Origin: Candidatus Helarchaeota archaeon
Lineage (GTDB): Archaea > Asgardarchaeota > Lokiarchaeia > Helarchaeales > RDOG01
Reading direction: 5' to 3'
Length of the DNA stretch: 46,688 bases
Assembly (NCBI GenBank): GCA_029838215.1
Contig: JALGVI010000014.1
Coordinates: 1-46,688, forward strand
Shown: positions 17,965 to 26,230 of the stretch, piece by piece
How the letters are laid out: each line of letters begins with the position of its first letter
How positions within the stretch are numbered: position 1 is the stretch's first letter
Made by a program: the position numbers and the translations under genes
The notes under the pieces: generated by a model
The model's input: the letters and a program-made list of their open reading frames with translations, nothing else
The model's database searches: none
What the model was told of the DNA's origin: nothing

Positions 17965-18120
17965 ATGAGTTATAGAAGATATAATGATCGTCCTCGGGAA
18001 ATGCACACCATTACCTGTGAGGATTGCGGTCAAGAGGCTGAAGTGCCCTTCAAACCAGATGGTGTTCGGCCAGTCTATTGCAGGGAATGTTACCAGAAAC
18101 ATAGACCCCGGAGATATTAA
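17965..18120 (+). CDS. CxxC-x17-CxxC zinc-finger microprotein (51 aa, missed by ORF track)
   Basis: MSYRRYNDRPREMHTITCEDCGQEAEVPFKPDGVRPVYCRECYQKHRPRRY has exact CxxC-x17-CxxC spacing and an AGGTG RBS. Confidence 0.9.
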   Translation: MSYRRYNDRPREMHTITCEDCGQEAEVPFKPDGVRPVYCRECYQKHRPRRY

Positions 18121-18255
18121 AATCAAAACTAGTATAGTGTTAAGAAAAATTATGTTTTTATCATGATATTCGTTACATTATCTACTAGCTTTTTTCTTTT
18201 TCTATTTCATTCAAAAAGAAGTGATATTTTTATTTGAATCAGGATTACTGATGTT

Positions 18256-18678
18256 TTATTTATATTTTTTAGTGATTTCTTCGCATACTTCTTGGAATGC
18301 ATCGAATTTGGCCAGATTCTTATCCCAATCTTGAATTGTTTTTGCGAAGAATTCGGAGAATTTGGTTTTTAGTTCTTGTATTAGATTCAAGTCATTTGTG
18401 TCAGGAGGCGCGTTTAGGACTGCCATTACTTCGACATTATGATTTTGAGATATTCGAATGTGAGTTTTACTGAAAATGAGTTCAATGAGCCGTTCATCAT
18501 CAGTCATTAATTGTTGTGATGCCAGCACGGTTTGGATTCCGTTCAGGACCGTCAGGAATCCTTCTAATTGAAATCCGATATTGGTATTAAGCTTGACATT
18601 TTCGAAATGCTTGATGAATACGGGGCGACGATTCACCAAGAATATCATGCCCTTTAGGTTCAAACTTTTTAAACTCAT
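18256..18678 (-). CDS. Longin/roadblock-like protein
   Basis: Small alpha/beta protein ending FSEFFAKTIQDWDKNLAKFDAF, typical of Asgard longin-like domains. ATGA-coupled to the GTPase. Confidence 0.65.
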   Translation of the reverse strand: MSLKSLNLKGMIFLVNRRPVFIKHFENVKLNTNIGFQLEGFLTVLNGIQTVLASQQLMTDDERLIELIFSKTHIRISQNHNVEVMAVLNAPPDTNDLNLIQELKTKFSEFFAKTIQDWDKNLAKFDAFQEVCEEITKKYK

Positions 18679-19328
18679 GATTTCACCTTCACCATAATTC
18701 GAGTGACTAAATCTTCCATTGCTTCTTCAATTCCCCATCCCTCAAGTGCGGACGCGTTGAAGATTGGCGTGTCCTTAAATTGTGGCAGGAATTTTACGAG
18801 TAGATTTGTCATGTAGAAGGCGCGTCCTAGATGGTCGTTCTCGATCATTTTTTTCTGCACGATGTCTTGCTTGTTATATATGATGCAAATTGGAATTGAT
18901 GGGTCGAAGTGGGCGAGAATGTTATTGTAGAGGTCTATAAGACGTTCTTTTTGGTACATCATCGGAATGGAGCTATCGATCAGGAAGAGTATTCCGTCAG
19001 AATCAGTCGACGTGTTTCGAGAGAGGTCGTAAAATTTTTCTTGTCCGCAAGTATCGAAGATCATGCAAGCAATTTCATTTTGCTTAATCGTTCCATTTTG
19101 TTCTTTTTTGATTTTACAGTGTTCATCTAACACGACCTTACCAAAGTTCGGCATTGCTGATGTTGAAACTCGAGTATTCGTGGAGACTTCCCATGCTTCG
19201 ATTTCTTGCTCGGTGGGAGCGCGTTGTTGCTCTGAAATGAGGAAGATGTCCTTTTTGCATAGCAACTTCAAAGTTGTGGTCTTGCCAGCACCTGATGCTC
19301 CGACGAGTGAAATTTTTAGAGAAAACAT
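18675..19328 (-). CDS. Small GTPase, MglA/Arf-like with insertions
   Basis: G1 GASGAGKTT, STSAMPNFG, G3 DTCGQ, G4 NKQD and G5 NASAL. Confidence 0.88.
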   Translation of the reverse strand: MFSLKISLVGASGAGKTTTLKLLCKKDIFLISEQQRAPTEQEIEAWEVSTNTRVSTSAMPNFGKVVLDEHCKIKKEQNGTIKQNEIACMIFDTCGQEKFYDLSRNTSTDSDGILFLIDSSIPMMYQKERLIDLYNNILAHFDPSIPICIIYNKQDIVQKKMIENDHLGRAFYMTNLLVKFLPQFKDTPIFNASALEGWGIEEAMEDLVTRIMVKVKS

Positions 19329-19543
19329 TTTTGGTCTCCAACCGAGAACGATTCTGTTCCATTTTGATAATTTCTATTCAGAATAAAATTCATCTCCATA
19401 TATAAATGAATTGAAGAAGAGGAGAACATGATCGTGTAATCGTAGATGATATTAACATGTACATGGAGAAATGAATTTTGTCGAATTAAGTATTGAAGGA
19501 GAGAATTACTTCATGAAAATATTTCATGAAGAATGATCGTTTA

Positions 19544-20734
19544 TTAATAACCGTGTTCACGATATACTTCACGTTGGATGAGGTATTTGAGGATCTCTGT
19601 CGTGCCTCCACCGATCGGTAGGATTTTAGCATCACGTAAATATCGTTCGGACTTTTTCTCACTAGTATAACCGATGCCGCCTAAAACTTGCATTGCCCGG
19701 GATGCTACATAAACGGCTGCTTCGGAAGTGAAGACTTTTGCCATCGTGCAGATTTTTGTTGCTGCCTTATTTCCGATTTTATTGAGGGCCCTTGCGGCTT
19801 GAACCGTGAGAGCTCGTCCCGCTTCGATTCTAATTGCCATGTCAGCAATTTGGAAGCTTACGCCCTCGAAATAGCGAATTTCTTGATCAAATTGTATTCG
19901 TTCGGTTGAATATTTAAGGGCTTCTTCAAAGGCGGCTCTGGCGATACCCACACCCTGCGCAGCGATTCCAACTCGTTCGGAATTGAGTTCATCCATGAGA
20001 ATGGAAAACCCTTTGTTTTCAGGTCCTAATAAATTTTCCTTCGGAACCGCCAGGTCATTAAATCGGATGTGACCGACACGTGCGCCCCTTAAGCCCGATA
20101 ATTTATAATATTTAACGCGTTCATATCCTTTCCATTTTGTATCGATGATGAATGCACTCATACCCTTTTTTGGATGAACGTTTGGTAGTGGAGTCGTTAT
20201 TGCGAAACAACACATAAAATCGGCTTCAGTGCCATTGGTTATGAACCGTTTTTCACCATTTATGATGTAGTAATCGCCATCCTTAACAGCTCGTGTTTCC
20301 ATTCCCGCTGTGTCCGAACCAACTCTGGGTTCTGTGATACCAATGCAACCAATTTTTTCGCCTTTGATAATGGGTGTCAAATATTTCTCTTTCTGCTCAT
20401 CCGTGCCAAAACGATGAATAGGCATTCCAAAAAGCGATATATTTGCAATGCGTGATAATTCGAATGCTTCATTAATTCGTGCACACTCTTCTGCCACGAT
20501 GCAATCTGCCACGATGCCCTGTCCCGTACCGCCCCACTCGGGTGGATGTAATGGACCAAGAAATCCCTTCTTGCCCATCTCCCGCATTAAAATGCGAATT
20601 GGTTCATACGAATTCATTTTTTCAATTTCATCATCAAATGCTCGAATTCGTTCCTCTGCAAATGCTTGAATTTCAGTCTTAAATTCTAATTCTTCTTTTG
20701 AATAAAGTGCCTTAAGTGATTCATCCCCAGACAT
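19544..20734 (-). CDS. Acyl-CoA dehydrogenase
   Basis: GITEPRVGSD, NGEKRFITNG, FDQEI and IGGGTTEI. Confidence 0.96.
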   Translation of the reverse strand: MSGDESLKALYSKEELEFKTEIQAFAEERIRAFDDEIEKMNSYEPIRILMREMGKKGFLGPLHPPEWGGTGQGIVADCIVAEECARINEAFELSRIANISLFGMPIHRFGTDEQKEKYLTPIIKGEKIGCIGITEPRVGSDTAGMETRAVKDGDYYIINGEKRFITNGTEADFMCCFAITTPLPNVHPKKGMSAFIIDTKWKGYERVKYYKLSGLRGARVGHIRFNDLAVPKENLLGPENKGFSILMDELNSERVGIAAQGVGIARAAFEEALKYSTERIQFDQEIRYFEGVSFQIADMAIRIEAGRALTVQAARALNKIGNKAATKICTMAKVFTSEAAVYVASRAMQVLGGIGYTSEKKSERYLRDAKILPIGGGTTEILKYLIQREVYREHGY

Positions 20735-20864
20735 GATTTTCTCATCCTATATTAATTTGCGATCATGGATCTCATAATACGGATATTTTAATCTTTGAAG
20801 GAAGAAGATATTAAAACGTTTTTTCGCGGCAATGATTATTTTTTACATTTCGAGAGAGACTTTT

Positions 20865-22205
20865 TTATGGATACACGGCACTTGTGGACTGAAAGAGTTT
20901 CGTTGCACGTGTCCGTTGATTCCAAATTTCCTCCGCTTTCATTCGCCATTTTTCAAAATCATTAGGATTTTCGGGAAATTTTTTATAGTGCTTCTTTATC
21001 TTTCCAGAACGGCTAAATGCTTTCAATAATCGTCCTACACTTCTAATCCCAATTTTACCGCATATAATTGACCAAAGAATCTTCAGACCTGCCTTGAGAA
21101 TTTTTCCGAATGAAAGCTTGATTTCTTCTTCATCATCGTTTACTTGTTCTGGGTCGAAGATTGAGCGAAGTTTTATCAGGAGAAAATTGATTTCGTTTTC
21201 GGACAACTGAAAAATCACCGCAGTCAACATGTAGATATAAGCTAATTCTGCGCCGATGCCTCGGAAATATCGAACGTTCACGTCCCATAGGGCTTCTCTT
21301 GAAAGATATTCGTTGGTCTTTAGTGCCTTGCTTATTACATCTGCGGCTTCATTGCATAATCGCCATGTTTCCGGGATTCCACGTGCCGCAAGGGGATTTG
21401 TAATGGAAGCCGAATCACCTGCACAAAAGAAACCATCGGCCACCAACGAATATGGAGTTCGCGAGAATGCAAATGGATTATATTCTTTCTTTATTAATTC
21501 GAATTCAGGGAACTTCTCTCTCGAAATCAATTCTTCAGTTAAAATGGCAGCTTTCTCATATGATTCGGGACCAGCAATCCCCATTATTGCTTCCGTTTTC
21601 GTATAACCGGGATCGAAGAAAACGAAATAATAAGGCCAAATATCGCCCCATTCCGGATGCTTTTCATCAGATTTTATCCATTTTATATAATGGAGAATCA
21701 CGAAGAATTGATTAGATGAATCAAAATTCCAAGTTTCGATTCCATAGTCTTCTGGAAGAGATGTACGAACACAACTTGCGATACCCGAAGCATCTACCAC
21801 GAGTCGAGTCTTGATCTCGATTTCGGTATTATCTTTCTCGACTTTTGCACCGATGATCCTATTGTTTTCGAAGATGAGCTCTTTAAATCGACAAGAGAAT
21901 TCGAATTCGACACCATCTGATTCCAAGACTTTATACATCCGTTGAAGGAAGAGCGGTAATCGTGATACCGATATTCCTTTATAATTAAATAGGAATTCAG
22001 GAGACTCGGTGGGAGGAGGAATGTTTAAATCTTTCATAGTCTTGCGATGAAAGTGAATTATTTCTAATCGTTGCCCTACTTGATTTCGGGCGTTTTTATC
22101 AATGATCAAGACGGAATGTCCCTGTTTTGCAATTTGCCATCCCAAATAGATACCTGTAGTCGCAGCACCGACTATGAAAACGTCACATTTCCTAGTCATT
22201 TTCAT
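20865..22205 (-). CDS. FAD-dependent oxidoreductase, geranylgeranyl reductase-like
   Basis: N-terminal VGAATTG Rossmann motif, LVVDASG and CAGDSASITNPLAARGI. Confidence 0.8.
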   Translation of the reverse strand: MKMTRKCDVFIVGAATTGIYLGWQIAKQGHSVLIIDKNARNQVGQRLEIIHFHRKTMKDLNIPPPTESPEFLFNYKGISVSRLPLFLQRMYKVLESDGVEFEFSCRFKELIFENNRIIGAKVEKDNTEIEIKTRLVVDASGIASCVRTSLPEDYGIETWNFDSSNQFFVILHYIKWIKSDEKHPEWGDIWPYYFVFFDPGYTKTEAIMGIAGPESYEKAAILTEELISREKFPEFELIKKEYNPFAFSRTPYSLVADGFFCAGDSASITNPLAARGIPETWRLCNEAADVISKALKTNEYLSREALWDVNVRYFRGIGAELAYIYMLTAVIFQLSENEINFLLIKLRSIFDPEQVNDDEEEIKLSFGKILKAGLKILWSIICGKIGIRSVGRLLKAFSRSGKIKKHYKKFPENPNDFEKWRMKAEEIWNQRTRATKLFQSTSAVYP

Positions 22206-22275
22206 CAGTTTCCTAAATTTTTATCATATTCATTAGTTTAGTCACTTTATATCCAGAAACAGAATATTCAAGACT

Positions 22276-23055
22276 TTATGGGGGGCGCATGTAATAAGGA
22301 ATTTTATTTCTCTGCCAGTCACGTACAACTATCTTGCCAACTTGCTCGATATCAGGAATGCCACTTTTTTTTAGCTTGCCCTGGGCGCGTCCGACTAGTT
22401 CCAAGAATTCTTCGGCATCGGAGAATTGATCAATGGAATAAATTTTTCTCAGTGTTTCTGAAGGAACCAATTCAAGAATGCGTTCTACCACGCCCAAGAT
22501 ATCTTTTACATTTTCCACTCGCATTGCATTTTTGAGGGCAAGGTTGACTTCATCATCTTCATCGTAATGAATGACTCCAGGCGTGTCGATGACCCAGAAT
22601 TTTGCAGATAGGCGGAGATATTGCTTACCCCGTGTGTGCCCTGCTTCAGGACTTACTTGAACGGATTTCTTCCCACGAAATAAGCAATTTATTAAAGAGC
22701 TCTTTCCCACGTTAGGATATCCTATGACCAGCAAGTAGATTTCGTCATCCGTACATGATTTTTTGATTGTCCGTTTAAGAAGATCCCAATTCTTACGAGC
22801 GTTTCGTGTTGCGGACATGAATATCGTGGGAAACTCTGATTCTAGGTAGGCTTTCCATTGTTTCAAAACGTCGACTGGAACAAGATCGGATTTGTTCAAA
22901 ATTAGAATGAGAGTTTTGGATTGTCTTTTGATGTATTCTTCAAGGTCTTGATGACGCGTTCCGAGTGGATTTCTTGCATCCAGAACTTCCAATATCACGT
23001 TGGACTCACGGATGTTGCGATATATGACGTTCCAAAACTTATCCATTTTTGTCAT
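22276..23055 (-). CDS. Circularly permuted GTPase, YlqF/RbgA/Nug1-like (ribosome biogenesis)
   Basis: VLDARNP, then G4 NKSD before G1 GYPNVGKSS, then DTPG. Confidence 0.93.
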   Translation of the reverse strand: MTKMDKFWNVIYRNIRESNVILEVLDARNPLGTRHQDLEEYIKRQSKTLILILNKSDLVPVDVLKQWKAYLESEFPTIFMSATRNARKNWDLLKRTIKKSCTDDEIYLLVIGYPNVGKSSLINCLFRGKKSVQVSPEAGHTRGKQYLRLSAKFWVIDTPGVIHYDEDDEVNLALKNAMRVENVKDILGVVERILELVPSETLRKIYSIDQFSDAEEFLELVGRAQGKLKKSGIPDIEQVGKIVVRDWQRNKIPYYMRPP

Positions 23056-23175
23056 TTACGTCCCAAATCCCCGCATCTTTTAAATTTCAGCTTTGAATAA
23101 TTCAAGAGAATTTGTTATTTATTGCAGATTTTCTTATTTATAGATTCTTCACGTAAATGCATTAAAAAAGATATA

Positions 23176-23952
23176 TTACCAGATAAAAGGAATTAATCGA
23201 TATCTCGTTTTTTTTGCATATTCCTTATATCCGGGTAATTCTTCTCGCAGGGTGCGGTCTTCCAGGGCCGTCCTGACGATGAATAATGCAATTATTCCCG
23301 CGATGGGAATGAATGCCCACCAAGTCCCCAAGATGAGTACATATCCGATTGATGAAATAATTTCTGCAAGATATCCGGGATGACGAACCATTTTATAAGG
23401 TCCTGTCGTGCAAATTTGCTTTTCTTTATCGTCTTGAACTCGAACGAGTGCTGTAAAATTCGTATTCTCAACCATTGCCCAGGTTCCAAACCAGACTGCA
23501 GATAAAAAGATGATAATTCCAATGATCATCAACCAAATACAAAGCTCAAAGGAAAGGAATTGAAGCATTAGAAAGTTAAATGGCATGAATGGAAGCCGAA
23601 CTTGTGCATCGATGCCTACCACGATCGGTAAAATGATAATTAGCATGAGGAATAGGAATGCAAAGACTTTATCATACGTTTTTGTTTTTTCGTGAAAAAC
23701 CTTGCCGCGTTCATTTAGTAACTGGGGAGATAACTTGTATAGAACAACGAGATTAACGGTCTGATATGATATTCCCATGATGAAATATACCCACGCATTT
23801 ACCCACAACACGTTCAAAGAAAATACGAGCAGGAGAATGAAATGAATGATTCCCATTAGGTATTCTCTCGCGATGTATCTGTATCCATTCTTAGTTAGTC
23901 CTTGCTTTTTTGTTTCATCGATTTGACTTGTGACTTCGTACATTATGCTCAC
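23176..23952 (-). CDS. Isoprenylcysteine carboxyl methyltransferase (ICMT/PEMT) family membrane protein
   Basis: Multiple TM segments, TTGPYKMVRHPGY and EDRTLREELPGYKEY. Confidence 0.88.
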   Translation of the reverse strand: MSIMYEVTSQIDETKKQGLTKNGYRYIAREYLMGIIHFILLLVFSLNVLWVNAWVYFIMGISYQTVNLVVLYKLSPQLLNERGKVFHEKTKTYDKVFAFLFLMLIIILPIVVGIDAQVRLPFMPFNFLMLQFLSFELCIWLMIIGIIIFLSAVWFGTWAMVENTNFTALVRVQDDKEKQICTTGPYKMVRHPGYLAEIISSIGYVLILGTWWAFIPIAGIIALFIVRTALEDRTLREELPGYKEYAKKTRYRLIPFIW

Positions 23953-24105
23953 GTTTAATTTTTTCTTTCCCGAGTTTTTTTAAACATGCTTCTTATTTTA
24001 ATTTAATTTTTAAAATGAATTGGTCTGGAAATAAAAATGAGATGGGATTTAGGAATTAGTTATGAAATAATTAGTTATGAAATCAAGAAAAAGAAATAAA
24101 AATAG

Positions 24106-25812
24106 TTATTTTGCTTCGATGGCAATTCGTTTCGGATTATGGATTTCGTTTTCTTGGACGGGATAGTTGTTTAGATTTACGGTATAATGCATTCGCCATT
24201 GATCTTTAATGTAGTCGAGTGTTTTTTGCTCAATTGAATCGGGAAGTTTTACATCTACCCATAGCGTGTCGCCAAGAAGAGTTTTGACGATTTCACCATC
24301 CTTGACTACGATTTCCCCATTCTTGATGGTATATGCCGCTCTACTAAATGCCTTCTCGATTTTCCTTGGATCTTTTTCCTCGGGGTTAATGTCATAGATA
24401 GCAACGTCTCCGACAGCACCAACACCTAGATGTCCTCTATCGGTCAAGCCCATTGTTCTTGCGTTTCCTGCACGTGTAATGATTGCGATTTCTTCCAGGG
24501 TATATTCCCGATCGATATCGTTAAGTGTTGTTTTTTGCTTTGCGTTATCGTGGACTTTTGCAAGCATTTCTTCCCGGGCTTTCTTGCTCATTAACCAAGC
24601 GATGACCAATGGATAATTCTCAAAGGGACCGCCGTTTGGATGATCCGTGGTCATGGATGTTCGCCATGGATCTTTCAAGAGAAGGATCAATTCGAGTCCG
24701 ATTGCCCATTGAACTGCATTAACGGGATTTTTTGGAGCGAAGACATATGGAACGACACCAGAACCGCATTCGGATTCAATTTGTCCATTAATCCACTTCA
24801 TTCCGCCTTTATTACCCCATGGAGAAATTGCGCCGAGATGTTGGAGATTGAACTCCCATGGACCATCACCAGTCATTGTCGTCGTATCGCCAAAAATTAC
24901 CTGCCCTATGTCAAGAGTCACGTGTTCATTTGAATTTACATATTCGGCGAGCATCGCAGCGTCGGATTTGAAGTCCTTCCAATTGGTACCACCATATGCG
25001 TTGAATTGCGTGTGCGTATAATGAAGCACGTTCTTTCGTCCATTCGTGCCTTTAAATTCCTTAACGAGATCCCAAGTATCCCGAGTGATAGCTGAGCAAC
25101 CAGGATGTCCAAGCTGGTTTCCGTGCACGTGAATGGTGTGCGGAAGGTTTAATCGTTCGTTAGCTTGGCAGAGCATGCTCACGACTTTTCGTGGAGTAAC
25201 TTCCCAGTTAAGAACCGTGTCATCGAGACCGTCAACGTTTTTGCCCCAGCCCCAGTTCTCAACACCGCCAGGATTGACGATTTTAACCGCATACCCTTTG
25301 GTTGCACGTAAAAGCCATGCGATATAGCCAGTGAGCAAGTCAAGATCACCTGCCGCAATGGCATCTAGAACAAACCAATTATTCCCAAATACGGGCATTG
25401 CGAGCTTGTCAATAATGGGAATGTCTTTAAATTCTTCGTGAGTATGTCGGGCTTTTAGAGGAGGCATTGCGGGTTCTACAACGGTAGTATAACCCATTTG
25501 CGCATATTTGTAACCAGTAACAAAGGTAGATGGAACCGAATACCCTGTTCCAGATCGAGTTATGCTCGTTTTAGCGATGGGCTGCCTTCGGTGATCTTCG
25601 GGGCGGAATACTCTCCCACTATTTACCTTTGAACCTGCAATGTGGGAATGAATGTCCACGCCACCGGGAAATACGACTTTACCGCTTGCATCGATGACCT
25701 GTCCACTATTGCCTTCAACAATTCGTCCATTTTCAATGGTAATATCCATTTTATCCTTGATCTTGTTGATGGGGTCAATTACAAGCCCATTTTTGATCGT
25801 GATTCTAGCCAC
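24106..25812 (-). CDS. fwdA: Formylmethanofuran dehydrogenase subunit A
   Basis: PGGVDIHSHIAG, GYTTVVEPAMPP, VKIVNPGG, HTIHVHGN and TTDHPNGGPF. Confidence 0.96.
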   Translation of the reverse strand: MARITIKNGLVIDPINKIKDKMDITIENGRIVEGNSGQVIDASGKVVFPGGVDIHSHIAGSKVNSGRVFRPEDHRRQPIAKTSITRSGTGYSVPSTFVTGYKYAQMGYTTVVEPAMPPLKARHTHEEFKDIPIIDKLAMPVFGNNWFVLDAIAAGDLDLLTGYIAWLLRATKGYAVKIVNPGGVENWGWGKNVDGLDDTVLNWEVTPRKVVSMLCQANERLNLPHTIHVHGNQLGHPGCSAITRDTWDLVKEFKGTNGRKNVLHYTHTQFNAYGGTNWKDFKSDAAMLAEYVNSNEHVTLDIGQVIFGDTTTMTGDGPWEFNLQHLGAISPWGNKGGMKWINGQIESECGSGVVPYVFAPKNPVNAVQWAIGLELILLLKDPWRTSMTTDHPNGGPFENYPLVIAWLMSKKAREEMLAKVHDNAKQKTTLNDIDREYTLEEIAIITRAGNARTMGLTDRGHLGVGAVGDVAIYDINPEEKDPRKIEKAFSRAAYTIKNGEIVVKDGEIVKTLLGDTLWVDVKLPDSIEQKTLDYIKDQWRMHYTVNLNNYPVQENEIHNPKRIAIEAK

Positions 25813-26151
25813 TTTGATATCCTTCCAATATTTTTGTCGTGATGAGCGTGAATTTTAACGACTTTTAATTTCAAATTTGAAGAGAGATTTATTAATTTAA
25901 TCGTATGGTTTCGTCCTGCAATTAAAGTATCGATAAATGGCGATAAGCGACTTGTAATAATAAAATCACGTTAATATCGTGAAGTATCGGCTTGGAAAAA
26001 ATTCCTACCGTGATTTTAAAAAAAAAGAACCTTAAGGAGAGGTATTTCTTTATCATCAAGTTGGATTAATAAAAATTTTTGACATTTCTCCGAGAATTTA
26101 CTAGATGAGATTCATCCTGTTTCTCCATTGCTTATTTTTAACCAAAACTCA

Positions 26152-26222
26152 AAAAACCGGTTTCAATGATTTAGTCAAACGCCCCTTGCATGAGGGGTGG
26201 TTACTTCATGACTCAGGTTTTT
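26152..26222 (-). promoter_or_regulatory. Candidate 3'-UTR SECIS element for the Sec-containing hdrA
   Basis: Begins 9 nt after the stop. RNA: AAAAACC UGAGUC AUGA AGU AAC CA CCCCU CAUGCA AGGGG C GUU UGAC UAAAUCAUUGAAACC GGUUUUU. It forms nested stems with an AUGA...GA motif. Folded by eye only. Confidence 0.65.
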
Positions 26223-26230
26223 CACGAAGG

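Noticed and set aside
23176-23952. ICMT-like enzyme as modifier of the nearby small GTPases
   Set aside because: Neither GTPase has a C-terminal CaaX/CC motif, and the family is widespread in prokaryotes with other substrates.
26080-26125. Second SECIS candidate (minus strand GGAUGAAUCUC...GAGA)
   Set aside because: Only short, weak pairing and no matching 3' GA motif.
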